In this document: piece by piece, positions 55,433 through 64,000 of the stretch
How the letters are laid out: each line of letters opens with the position of its first letter
Numbering within the stretch: the first letter of the stretch is position 1
Notes under the pieces: model-generated
The model's database searches: none
What the model was told of the DNA's origin: nothing
Seen by the model: only the letters and a program-made list of their open reading frames with translations
Made by a program: the position numbers and the translations under genes
Assembly: GCA_951812955.1 (NCBI GenBank)
Contig: OX638340.1
Coordinates: 1,984,001-2,048,000, forward strand
From: an uncultured Gemmatimonadota bacterium
Lineage (GTDB): Bacteria > JAAXHH01
Length of the DNA stretch: 64,000 bases
Direction of reading: 5' to 3'

Positions 55433-56287
55433 GTGCCTGACGAACTGGTCGTCGAAGGCGACGGGTTCCAGTGGGATTGCTCGAAACGCACGCGGATCAT
55501 GGGGGTCCTGAACGTGACGCCGGATTCCTTCTATGACGGCGGTCGCTACTGGGACCCGTATACTGCGGTGCGACACGGCCAGCGATTGGCCGAGGAAGGC
55601 GCGGACATCATTGACGTCGGCGGCGAATCCACGCGGCCGGGCGCGGAGCCGGTCGAGCTGGAGGAGGAACTGCGCAGGGTCGTCCCCGTCATCGAACGGC
55701 TGAAGGACCGGACCGGGCAGCCGGTGTCCATCGATACCCGGAAAGCCGAAGTAGCCCGCAGGGCCATCTGCGCCGGGGCCCGGATGGTAAACGACGTCAG
55801 CGGGATGACGGCCGATCCTGAAATGGTCGGGACGATTGCCTCCGCCGGAGTACCCGTAGTGATTATGCACACGGCGGGCAACCCTTCGGACATGCAACGG
55901 AATCCCGGCTACCGGGATACCGTCGGCGAAGTCATCGATTGGCTGGGCGCGCGCATAGAACACGCCGTGGCGCACGGCATCCGAAGATCAAGGATCATTA
56001 TCGATCCGGGCATTGGTTTCGGCAAACGCCTCAGCGACAATCTGCTCCTGATCCAGTCTCTGGCGTCCTTTCAAAAACTGAATTGTCCCATCCTGGTCGG
56101 TCCTTCGAGGAAGTCCTTCATCGGCAGCGTACTCGACGCGGAGAAAGTCGACCGGTTGGAGGGTACGGCGGCGGCGGTCGCGCTGAGCGTAGCCAACGGC
56201 GCCAGTATCATCCGGGTCCACGACGTCATGGAAATGCGACGAGTGGTCCGCATGGCCGACGCGATCTGCAGGGCGCGACAGGAATAA
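55433..56287 (+). CDS. folP: Dihydropteroate synthase, 284 aa
   Basis: Pterin-binding TIM barrel (GVLNVTPDSFYDGG, IIDVGGESTRPG). Starts 3 nt after the ftsH stop. Confidence 0.85.
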   Translation: MPDELVVEGDGFQWDCSKRTRIMGVLNVTPDSFYDGGRYWDPYTAVRHGQRLAEEGADIIDVGGESTRPGAEPVELEEELRRVVPVIERLKDRTGQPVSIDTRKAEVARRAICAGARMVNDVSGMTADPEMVGTIASAGVPVVIMHTAGNPSDMQRNPGYRDTVGEVIDWLGARIEHAVAHGIRRSRIIIDPGIGFGKRLSDNLLLIQSLASFQKLNCPILVGPSRKSFIGSVLDAEKVDRLEGTAAAVALSVANGASIIRVHDVMEMRRVVRMADAICRARQE

Positions 56288-56321
56288 GGCGTTCCCCAAA
56301 ACAGGTATCCATCTAACCACC

Positions 56322-57239
56322 ATGATCATGAATATCGTTATCCTGGGTTCCGGAGGCGCCATTCCAACCCTGAAGCGAAACCTGCCCTCCGTCGCCGTAC
56401 AGTGCGAAGGGCGCGTTTTCCTTTTCGACTGCGGCGAGGGTACCCAGACGCAGATGGTCCGTGCAAAGCTGCCCCTGAGCAAGATCGAGCGGATCTATAT
56501 TTCCCACCTGCATGGCGACCATGTCATGGGCCTGCCCGGCCTGTTGATGACGATGGGACAGATACCTCGGGAACGGGCGCTCTACATCGATGGACCGCCG
56601 GGCATCTCTGACTTCGTGGAAGGCAACCGGCGATTCCTGGGCTACCAGTGCCCCTTTCCCGTTATCGTCACGGAGCACAGGGGCGGAACGGTATCGGAGG
56701 ACGACACCATTTTCGTCGACGCCGTGCCCGCGGATCATAGTTGCTTTACACTGGCCTTCGCCTTGCAGGAAAAGGAGCGCCCCGGCCAGTTTCAGGTTGA
56801 AGAAGCGAGACGACTGGGCGTACCCCCCGGACCGTTCTATGGACGGCTGCAGGCGGGCGAAACCGTTAAACTGGGGGATGGACGTCTAATCGAGCCCGGA
56901 CAGGTACTGGGTCCCACCCGGCGGGGACGGAAGATCGTGTATGCCACAGATACCCGGCCGTGCGACCAGGTAGTCTCGCTGGCCCTCGAGGCGGACGTGC
57001 TGATCCACGACGGCATGTTCAGCGACGACCTGCGGGCGCAGGCCCGCCAGAAGCACCACTCGACGGTCGTGCAGGCGGCCCGTATCGCCCGGCGAGCAAA
57101 AGTCGGCACCCTGGTGCTGACCCATATCAGTTCCCGCTACATGCAGGACGGACCGCTGGCCGCCGAGGCGCGCAAGATCTTCCCCGCCGCGCGGGTCGCG
57201 CGGGATCTCATGGAATTCAACGTGCCCATGTACAAGTGA
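56322..57239 (+). CDS. rnz: Ribonuclease Z (tRNA 3' endonuclease, metallo-beta-lactamase fold), 305 aa
   Basis: HxHxDH motif (HLHGDHVMG) and short-form RNase Z profile. Confidence 0.8.
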   Translation: MIMNIVILGSGGAIPTLKRNLPSVAVQCEGRVFLFDCGEGTQTQMVRAKLPLSKIERIYISHLHGDHVMGLPGLLMTMGQIPRERALYIDGPPGISDFVEGNRRFLGYQCPFPVIVTEHRGGTVSEDDTIFVDAVPADHSCFTLAFALQEKERPGQFQVEEARRLGVPPGPFYGRLQAGETVKLGDGRLIEPGQVLGPTRRGRKIVYATDTRPCDQVVSLALEADVLIHDGMFSDDLRAQARQKHHSTVVQAARIARRAKVGTLVLTHISSRYMQDGPLAAEARKIFPAARVARDLMEFNVPMYK

Positions 57240-57281
57240 GGCCGGCCCGACAGGCATAGTGAGGCCGGCCCGGCAGACTAT
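57236..57281. repeat. 23-nt tandem duplication (GTGAGGCCGGCCCGRCAGRCTAT) beginning on the rnz stop codon
   Basis: gtgaggccggcccgacaggcata gtgaggccggcccggcagactat. The first copy contains the rnz TGA. Each copy contains the GGCCGGCC palindrome. Confidence 0.6.
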
Positions 57282-57361
57282 GCAATACCGCCTGAGACGC
57301 TTCCGCCCGTTACCGGGGAACCGTGCCGCCGGGACTATGCGGGATGGGTCTATTCCGCGGG

Positions 57362-58756
57362 TCAGTCCGCGGCTTTCCGCGGGACGGCTTCCCAGGCCGC
57401 CAGTCCCCCGACAAGGTCCATCACGTCCGTGAAACCGTGCCGCTTCAGTATGCTGGCCGCCATGGCGGAACGATAGCCACCGGCGCACTGGACGACCACC
57501 GTGGTGTCGGTGGGGATCTCGACCAGGCGCTCCTCGAGGTGATTCAGGGGCACGTGCAGACTGTCCGGGATGGACTTGTCCCCGCGCTCCTGCCCGGAGC
57601 GGATATCGATCACCACGGGCGGGCATTCCATTTCCAGCCTGTCTCTCAGCGCCGCCGCGGTGATGCGCTCGGTCCGGCTCAACAGATCGGGACGTTCCTC
57701 CAGCGCGTGCATGCCGCCCTCGAGATATCCCGCGATGTGGTCGAATCCGATGCGGCCCAGCCGCAGGGCGGATTCCTCCTCGGCACCGGTTTCCGTGACC
57801 AGGACGATCGGTTTGTCCCGCCTGAGCAGCGTACCCGCCCAACTGGCGTACTGTCCCCCGAGCCCGATGTTGATGCTGCCCCCCAGGTGCGCGCCCTCGT
57901 AATCCGCGGCGTCGCGCGTGTCGAGCACCTGCGCGCCGTCTCCCGCCTTGCGCAGCACATCGTCCAGCGAAAGGGGATTCAGGCCCCTTTTCAGCAGATG
58001 GTCCAGCGTATCGTGTTCCTGTGCGTTAAACGCGGCGTCGTAAGTGAAGTACGACGGCGCCTCCGGCTGGTCTGTCGTGATCAGGCGGGTAAAGGTATCC
58101 CGGTCCATCGGCTGCAGGGCGTAGTTGTATTTCTTCTGATCGCCCATGGTGGAAACCGTATCCGTACTCAGGTTCTTCCCGCACAGCGAACCGGCGCCGT
58201 GGGCGGGATAGACGAGCGTATCGTCGACGGTAGCCGGAAGCAGCTTCCCGTGAAGGGATTCGTAAAGCAGGTTGGCGAGATCGGAAGCCTTCCATCCGAG
58301 CGCGGCTCTCAGATCCGGACGGCCCACGTCGCCGATGAACAGGGTGTCCCCGGTCAGCGCGGCGTAGGGCGCGGTCTCCCCGTCGGGATCGAAGACCAGG
58401 ATGCAGACGGATTCGGGAGAATGTCCGGGCGTTTCCAGGAATTCGAGCCGGACCGTGCCGAGGTTCATGCTTTCGCCGTCCCTCATGGGCTCGAAGGCGT
58501 AGTCCGCCTCGGCCCGCGCGCCCAGGTGGATCTCGGCGCCCGTACGGTCCCTGAGTTCGAGGTGGCCAGCGGCGAAGTCCGCGTGGAAGTGGGTCAGGAA
58601 GACATGGCCGATTGTCATGTTCCGGGCTTCGGCCTCATCGATATACTGGCCGATGTCGCGCTGGGGATCCACGACCGCCGCGACGCCCGATGGTTCGTCC
58701 CCCAGAAAATAGGACGCGTGAGCCAGACATCCCAGATAGTATTGCTTAAGTATCAT
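57362..58756 (-). CDS. MBL-fold metallo-hydrolase fused to rhodanese domains (persulfide dioxygenase/CstB-like), 464 aa
   Basis: N-terminal metallo-beta-lactamase motif (LTHFHADFAAGH...ETPGHSPES). Two C-terminal rhodanese-like modules with a Cys loop (QCAGGYRS). Confidence 0.7.
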   Translation of the reverse strand: MILKQYYLGCLAHASYFLGDEPSGVAAVVDPQRDIGQYIDEAEARNMTIGHVFLTHFHADFAAGHLELRDRTGAEIHLGARAEADYAFEPMRDGESMNLGTVRLEFLETPGHSPESVCILVFDPDGETAPYAALTGDTLFIGDVGRPDLRAALGWKASDLANLLYESLHGKLLPATVDDTLVYPAHGAGSLCGKNLSTDTVSTMGDQKKYNYALQPMDRDTFTRLITTDQPEAPSYFTYDAAFNAQEHDTLDHLLKRGLNPLSLDDVLRKAGDGAQVLDTRDAADYEGAHLGGSINIGLGGQYASWAGTLLRRDKPIVLVTETGAEEESALRLGRIGFDHIAGYLEGGMHALEERPDLLSRTERITAAALRDRLEMECPPVVIDIRSGQERGDKSIPDSLHVPLNHLEERLVEIPTDTTVVVQCAGGYRSAMAASILKRHGFTDVMDLVGGLAAWEAVPRKAAD

Positions 58757-58826
58757 GTCCGCCTCCTGAATCCTCTCCCCGCCGCGGTTCGCCGTATGCC
58801 CTTGCTCCGTAGCCTTCGCACGCGTC

Positions 58827-60539
58827 CTACCGCCCGGGAATGGCCGATCCTGATTCGTCCCCTGCGATGTACATCGTGATGGAAGAGCTCATCACCTGGT
58901 CACCCCGCCACGTTCTGAATCCCGACGCGTTCGGCTCCAGCGCCGAGCCTTTCAGGTAGGGTTTCCATACCTGCGCACGCTGCCTGTGCCACAGAAACAC
59001 GCCGGCCACATCCTCCACCAGGAGCCGTTCCGCTTCCCTGTACAGGGCAATGCGTCGATCAGGGTCCCTGACCTCGGCGTCGGCCGCGGTCATCAGGCCA
59101 TCGAAGGCGGCGTTGTTCCAGTTGTGCCGGCCGTTGGACCGCCAGAGCCCGAGGAGGTTGCTCGGATCCACGAAATCGAACTCGTAGGGCACCAGGCCGA
59201 AGGTTAACGTATGGTTGTTCAGGCCGTCCATGAAGACCTTGTTCTCCACGTTGCGCACTTCGACCTCCATATTGAGGTTGCGATTCAGCATCGCCTGCAG
59301 TCCCTCGGCCGCGTCGCGGTGCATGGCAATCTCGTTGCGCAGCCACATGTCCAGTTCGGGGAGCCCGCGACCATCCGGATAACCGGCCTCCGCGAGCAGT
59401 TCCCGGGCGCGCGCCGGGTCGTACCCCTGGTCCTCGGCGTATATCCCGTCCGAATAGGCCGGAAAACCCGGGGGCAGCATGGCGTAGCCGGGTATGGCAA
59501 AGCCCCTGAGCGCGGAATTGCAAATCGCGGCCCGATCGATGGCGAGACTGATGGCCAGGCGTACTCTCCGGTCATTGAACGGTGGTTTCGTGACGTCGAA
59601 GAACAGGTAGTGGGTCCAGAAATTGGGCCAGGTATGCACCTGGTCGCTCAGGTTGTCGTCGGAAAGCAACCGGGCCAGCTCTGCCTGGTTCTCCACGTCG
59701 GTAATGTCGATTTCTCCGGCCTCATACGCCGGCAGCCGCGGGGGCGGCGTAGTCAGGTTAAACATCCTGTAGACCAGTTTTTCCAGGAAGGGTTTGTCGG
59801 CCCCGCGGTACATGGGATTGGCCTCGTAGATCATCCGTTCGCCCTTGGTCCATTCCGCCATGACGAACGGTCCCGAGGAAATACAGGTCTCCGGTCGGGT
59901 GGACCAGGTGTCACCGTGCTTCCTGACTGCGTGCTCGGGGGAAACCCAGGAATAGGTCAGCAGCAGGGGCATGTGGGGCGTGGGTTCCTCGGTGGCGACA
60001 TGCAGCGTGAGGTCGTCAGAAGCCCACACGCCGAGCGAGTCCACGGGCACTTTCCGGGCGACGACGGCCTGCCAATTCCGGATCGGCTGGTAGTACCACC
60101 CGAAGTCGTAGGCGTTTTCGGGATCGGCGCCACGGCGCAGGGAAAAGACGTAGTCGTGAGCAGTCAGCGGACGGCCGTCGCTCCATTGCTGTCCCGGACG
60201 CAGATGGAAGGTCCACACCAGTCCGTCATCGGACATCTCCCACCGTTCCGCGGCGCCGCCCCGCAACACGAAATTCCGGTTCGTGCGCGTCAACGGCTCG
60301 GCGATGATGTATTTTCCTTCCGCACCCTTATAAACCGTGCGGAACCACTCGTTGTAGGGCCGGGATTCGGAGAATTTGTACAGGACCTGCTGACCGGGAG
60401 GCAGGGCGTCAGCGGGCAACGGCACCCCGATGGAATTGACGTAACGCGGTCCGTTGTCGGGGAGGAGGGGATCGATCAGGCCGTAAGCCGACCAGATAAT
60501 CCCCGCGACGAGAAAGAAGCAAATCGAAGGACGTAGCAT
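58827..60539 (-). CDS. ABC transporter substrate-binding protein, family 5 (oligopeptide/dipeptide-type), about 570 aa
   Basis: SBP_bac_5 profile. Signal peptide. Paralogous to the 32577-34328 SBP. Start at MLRPSIC; the ORF-track start 60563 is possible. Confidence 0.75.
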   Translation of the reverse strand: MLRPSICFFLVAGIIWSAYGLIDPLLPDNGPRYVNSIGVPLPADALPPGQQVLYKFSESRPYNEWFRTVYKGAEGKYIIAEPLTRTNRNFVLRGGAAERWEMSDDGLVWTFHLRPGQQWSDGRPLTAHDYVFSLRRGADPENAYDFGWYYQPIRNWQAVVARKVPVDSLGVWASDDLTLHVATEEPTPHMPLLLTYSWVSPEHAVRKHGDTWSTRPETCISSGPFVMAEWTKGERMIYEANPMYRGADKPFLEKLVYRMFNLTTPPPRLPAYEAGEIDITDVENQAELARLLSDDNLSDQVHTWPNFWTHYLFFDVTKPPFNDRRVRLAISLAIDRAAICNSALRGFAIPGYAMLPPGFPAYSDGIYAEDQGYDPARARELLAEAGYPDGRGLPELDMWLRNEIAMHRDAAEGLQAMLNRNLNMEVEVRNVENKVFMDGLNNHTLTFGLVPYEFDFVDPSNLLGLWRSNGRHNWNNAAFDGLMTAADAEVRDPDRRIALYREAERLLVEDVAGVFLWHRQRAQVWKPYLKGSALEPNASGFRTWRGDQVMSSSITMYIAGDESGSAIPGR

Positions 60540-60590
60540 CGATATGCCGGTATGTTTTCGCATGATGCACCTGCCATGGATCGGAATTCC

Positions 60591-61454
60591 CTACTCGTTC
60601 ATTCTCGGGTCGAGAGCGTCGCGGAGGCCGTCGCCGATGAGTGAAAATCCAAGCATGACCAGGGCGATCATGAAAACCGGGAAGAGGGCGAGATGCCAGT
60701 AGTAGATCACATTGGGCAGGTGGCTGCTGACCATCTGTCCCCAACTCGGAGTGGGCGGATTAATGCCCAGGCCGAGGAAACTCAGTCCCGCTTCTGCGAA
60801 GATGGCCTGGGGTATGCCCATGGCCAGGCCGACGATGATGGGGCTGAGTGCGTTCGGCAGCATGTGGCGCACTATGGTGTGCACGTTGGAAGCGCCCATG
60901 GACCGGGCGGCCCTGACGAAGTCGGACGCCCTAAGCGACAGGAACTGCGCGCGGACCAGGCGGCATACGCCCACCCAGCCGGTCACGCCGATGGCGAACA
61001 GCACGTTGCTCAAGCCGCTTCCCAGCCAGGCCATGATCAGGATGGCGAACAGCAGGCTGGGAAAGACCGACATGACGTCCACCAGGCGCATGACGATGAA
61101 ATCGGCTTTGCCCCCCTTGAACCCGGCGATGGCCCCGAGCGGCACCCCGATCAGCAGGGAGATCATCTGCGCGACGAATCCCACGATGAGCGAGATCCGG
61201 GCGCCGTACACGATCCGGCTGAAGTAATCCCGGCCGATGCTGTCCGTACCCATGGGGTGGGTCCAGGACGGGAACTGCCACGCCGCGTCGAAATTGGCCT
61301 CGGAATAATGGTACGGCGAGACCCACGGCGCGAAGATGGCCATGAACGAGATGACGATGATGATGACCCCCGCCACGACGGACAGCTTGTTCTTCATGTA
61401 GCGTCGCAGGGCGTCGCGCCAAAGGCCGCCTGTGGATTGAGTGATTTCCGTCAT
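60591..61454 (-). CDS. ABC transporter permease, OppC/DppC-like, 287 aa
   Basis: BPD_transp_1 with an N-terminal OppC-type segment and EAA loop. Confidence 0.8.
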   Translation of the reverse strand: MTEITQSTGGLWRDALRRYMKNKLSVVAGVIIIVISFMAIFAPWVSPYHYSEANFDAAWQFPSWTHPMGTDSIGRDYFSRIVYGARISLIVGFVAQMISLLIGVPLGAIAGFKGGKADFIVMRLVDVMSVFPSLLFAILIMAWLGSGLSNVLFAIGVTGWVGVCRLVRAQFLSLRASDFVRAARSMGASNVHTIVRHMLPNALSPIIVGLAMGIPQAIFAEAGLSFLGLGINPPTPSWGQMVSSHLPNVIYYWHLALFPVFMIALVMLGFSLIGDGLRDALDPRMNE

Positions 61455-61473
61455 AGTGCTGGTTTTCCGATTG

Positions 61474-62430
61474 CTAGTCTTTCGTTTTCTCCGTGGAGCG
61501 CCTTGCAGCGAGACGCTCGATGAGCAGTACGATCGCGCAGCCGGTGATGCCCAGGGCTACGGCCAGCAGGACTTCTTCCGATACCGAAGCGGGAAGGACG
61601 TTCTGCTGTATGAGGGGTTTAACCGCGCCCTGGCGGTCCGTGAACGTCTCCACCGTCTCCTTCCACGGCCAGATCTTCCGCAATGAACCGGCCATGAGGC
61701 CGATGAGGGCCGCAACGGTCAAGTCATGGTAGCGGCGCAACAGCCATCTGAGCACCCGCGCGAAAAAGATCAGTCCCAGGATTCCGCCGCACCCGAATAT
61801 GATGATGGGCAGGAAATCCCGCTCGACCACGGCATGAAGCATGTACTCGTACTTCCCCATAATGACCAGGATGAACGAACCGGAGATGCCGGGCAGGATC
61901 ATCGCGCAGATCGCGATGGTCCCGCTCAGGAACACGAACCATGCGGCCGTGGGGGTCTCGACGGGGACGGCGCCCACCAGTACGAAGGCTGCGGCCGCCG
62001 CCAGCAGCACCGCGAGTGCTTCCGTCGCGGTCCACGTGGTCACCTTCCTGCGCACGGTGAAGATCGAAGCGAGCACCAGTCCGAAGAAAAACGCCCACAC
62101 GTAGACGGGATGATGCGCGAGTGCCCACGCGAAAAATCGGGCCAGGCTGAATATGGCCACCATGATACCGGTGACGAGGGCGATCACGAACCGGTATGGG
62201 AATCTGTCGAGGGCCTCCGTGAACCGAAAGGAAACAAGCGAACGAAGGAACCTTGCGTTGACCGCGTGCACGGCGTCGAGCAGCTCTTCGTACACCCCCA
62301 GGATGAAGGCCATCGTTCCCCCGGACACTCCGGGGACGACATCGGCGACGCCCATGCAGAATCCTCGGGCGGTGATGCCCAAGTAGTCCTTGAACGTCCG
62401 TCTCGAACGCGATGAACCTTTTTCCATCAC
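61474..62430 (-). CDS. DUF368-family integral membrane protein (PopT-like putative polyprenyl-phosphate transporter family), 318 aa
   Basis: Internal two-fold repeat with the signature [21 protein letters not shown] and [20 protein letters not shown]. About 8-10 TM segments. ATG overlaps the OppB-like stop (ATGA). Confidence 0.65.
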   Translation of the reverse strand: MMEKGSSRSRRTFKDYLGITARGFCMGVADVVPGVSGGTMAFILGVYEELLDAVHAVNARFLRSLVSFRFTEALDRFPYRFVIALVTGIMVAIFSLARFFAWALAHHPVYVWAFFFGLVLASIFTVRRKVTTWTATEALAVLLAAAAAFVLVGAVPVETPTAAWFVFLSGTIAICAMILPGISGSFILVIMGKYEYMLHAVVERDFLPIIIFGCGGILGLIFFARVLRWLLRRYHDLTVAALIGLMAGSLRKIWPWKETVETFTDRQGAVKPLIQQNVLPASVSEEVLLAVALGITGCAIVLLIERLAARRSTEKTKD

Positions 62431-63359
62431 TTGCTCCCGCGTGTGTAGCGGACCCTGGGATCCACGAGGGCATAGAGGATGTCCGTAATCAGATAGACGA
62501 TACCGATCAGCACCGCGACGAGCAGCGTCAGCGCCATGATCATGGGATAGTCCCGTTCGAAGATGCTGGTGACGAAGAACTGTCCGAGGCCCGGTATGCG
62601 GAAAATGCCTTCGACGAACAGCGACCCGGTCATTACGCCGGGCAGCATCGGACCCATGATGGTCAGCAGCGGGATCAGGGAGTTTTTCAGCACGTGTATA
62701 AACAGGACGCTACGCTCTTTAAGGCCCTTGGCGCGCGCCGTGCGCACGTAATCCATCCGCAGGTTCTCGAGCACGCTCGAACGGGTATAACGGGCGATGA
62801 TGGCCATGGGACCCAGGGCATAGACGATTACAGGCATGATCCAGGTCTCGGGTCCGCCCCATCCGCCCGTGGGCAGGATCCTCCAGATGGTCGCGAAGAT
62901 GACGATGAACAATATGGAAATGGCGAAACTGGGCACAGTGATCCCAAGCGTCGCGAGCATAGTGGTCCCATAGTCCATCCAGGTGTTCTGTCGTATCGCG
63001 GAAAGGATGCCCAGGAGGATGCCGAAGGAGAAGGCCACGGCGAGGCCCATGCCGCCCAGTTGCATGCTGATGGGCCAGGTCCGCGCGATCAGGTCCGTCA
63101 CCGTCTCGCCCGGACTTTGAAAGGGGATGCCGAAATCGAATTGCAGCGCGTTCCACATGTACCGCCCGTACTGCTCGTACAGGGGCCGGTCCAGGCCGTA
63201 CTTGCGCAGTATATTCGCCTTGGCCTCGGCCGACAGAGGCATCTTCTCCTCGTCGAACGGGCCGCCCGGAACCGCATGCATCAGACTGAAGGTGATGATC
63301 GTGACCAGAAACAGCACGCCGATCAAGCCCGCGATGCGGTATATGATGTATCGTATCAT
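62427..63359 (-). CDS. ABC transporter permease, OppB/DppB-like, 310 aa
   Basis: BPD_transp_1 with an OppB-type N-terminal TM and EAA loop. Confidence 0.8.
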   Translation of the reverse strand: MIRYIIYRIAGLIGVLFLVTIITFSLMHAVPGGPFDEEKMPLSAEAKANILRKYGLDRPLYEQYGRYMWNALQFDFGIPFQSPGETVTDLIARTWPISMQLGGMGLAVAFSFGILLGILSAIRQNTWMDYGTTMLATLGITVPSFAISILFIVIFATIWRILPTGGWGGPETWIMPVIVYALGPMAIIARYTRSSVLENLRMDYVRTARAKGLKERSVLFIHVLKNSLIPLLTIMGPMLPGVMTGSLFVEGIFRIPGLGQFFVTSIFERDYPMIMALTLLVAVLIGIVYLITDILYALVDPRVRYTRGSK

Positions 63360-63675
63360 AGGATCAGGTTTTCTAATGCGCCGCGGCGGTGATAGCGGGG
63401 CGACTCCGCCGGTTCGTGAAACGGGCGGGGTTACCGGCGGTCCAGCTTCAATAGTGCAAGCGGACGCGACGGGGTGTCAAGGGTTATTTGCCGGGTCCGG
63501 ACCGCGCCCCGACGCCGATCCGGCCAGGGAATCCACATGCCCTGGCGAGGTGCCAAAGGGTCCGGGTTCCACCCACGATTCCGCGGTCATCTACCCTTGA
63601 CACCCTCCGGGGCGTTTCACACATTAACCGACGAAATTCCACTTTACGGAATGGCGTGTACAAGGAGGACGCGAG

Positions 63676-64000
63676 CGTGCGGATTGTAGAAGTTTCCGCG
63701 CTGGTTCTGCGGCTGCCGGTAGTGACGGAGTCCTGTGACGGAACGCAGGATACCTGCCTGGTCAAAATCGAAACGGACGCGGGCATTACGGGTTGGGGAG
63801 AAGTCGATTCGTGTCCCACCGTGGTTAAGGCCATCATCGACGCGCCGCTGTCGCACCAGATCTGCAATGGCCTGGCCAACGCGCTGGCCGGTGCGGATCC
63901 CCTGGACATCGACGCGTGCACGTCACGGATGATGGAATCGGCCAATTACTACGGCCGGGTCGGTGTGGGCCGGCACGCCATGGCGGGGGTAAACCTGGCA
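63676..64000 (+). CDS. Enolase-superfamily (mandelate racemase/muconate lactonizing enzyme; ManD/sugar-acid dehydratase-like) protein, N-terminal fragment, runs off the window
   Basis: GTG start. VRIVEVSALVLRLP...DTCLVKIETDAGITGWGE matches the MR/MLE N-terminal capping domain. RBS AAGGAGG 8 nt upstream. Confidence 0.55.

Noticed and set aside
57323-58879. 518-aa plus-strand ORF antisense to the MBL-rhodanese gene
   Set aside because: No recognisable motifs. Spans a convergent gene end. Antisense artefact.
59211-60536. 441-aa plus-strand ORF antisense to the family-5 SBP gene
   Set aside because: Antisense to a confident SBP. No family resemblance.
63484-63945. 153-aa minus-strand ORF in the region between the opp-like operon and the enolase-superfamily gene
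   Set aside because: It overlaps the confidently assigned enolase-superfamily start and the intergenic inverted repeat. The translation is Ser/Arg-rich with no features.
1-64000. CRISPR arrays, toxin-antitoxin pairs, restriction-modification or other canonical defence systems
   Set aside because: No regularly spaced repeat-spacer arrays and no nuclease, methylase, helicase or Cas-like domains recognised in any ORF. The tandem repeats found are short duplications, not CRISPR-like.

Overview
High-GC (about 65%) bacterial chromosomal window with canonical sigma70-type promoters (TTGACA-17-TATTAT before two tRNAs). It is dense with housekeeping and transport genes read mostly from the minus strand. 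Recognisable genes, roughly in order:
- argS, proS, and a YjbQ family protein with an S9 peptidase.
- An acyl-CoA carboxylase operon (DapA-family aldolase, PccB-like carboxyltransferase, AccC, BCCP, TIM-barrel isomerase).
- An MpaB-like protein, then a three-gene RND (MMPL/SSD), LolA-like, beta-barrel OMP exporter cluster.
- ispG, citrate synthase, and a sugar-acid catabolic set (two isochorismatase-like hydrolases, amidohydrolase, IlvD/EDD dehydratase, UxuA), with a ManD-like enolase start at the window end.
- tRNA-Pro(TGG), a SulP transporter, a sugar ABC transporter, a PBP5-type carboxypeptidase, an Fe3+/polyamine-type ABC transporter, a CorA-like protein and an APC permease.
- tRNA(CAT) followed by tilS-hpt-ftsH-folP-rnz, an MBL-rhodanese fusion, and a peptide-type ABC operon.
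No integrase, transposase, CRISPR or recognisable defence genes were found. Candidates for novel biology:
- a tRNA-Pro-adjacent, translationally coupled module of an SRAP/YedK peptidase, a 4-TM protein and a triple helix-hairpin-helix ComEA-like lipoprotein;
- a DUF368 (PopT-like polyprenyl-phosphate transporter family) gene embedded by ATGA overlap between OppB- and OppC-like permease genes, in an operon with no ATPase genes;
- a natural CdaA-CdaR (DAC + YbbR) fusion next to dacA;
- a low-GC (about 40-50%) islet carrying an ECF sigma and a zinc-finger (HxxxCxxC) anti-sigma, divergent from the RND cluster;
- a recurring pattern of short tandem duplications sitting exactly on stop codons, including 21-nt in-frame tandem stops shared by the convergent gltA and amidohydrolase genes.
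All family assignments come from reading the translated ORFs by eye. No database search was run.
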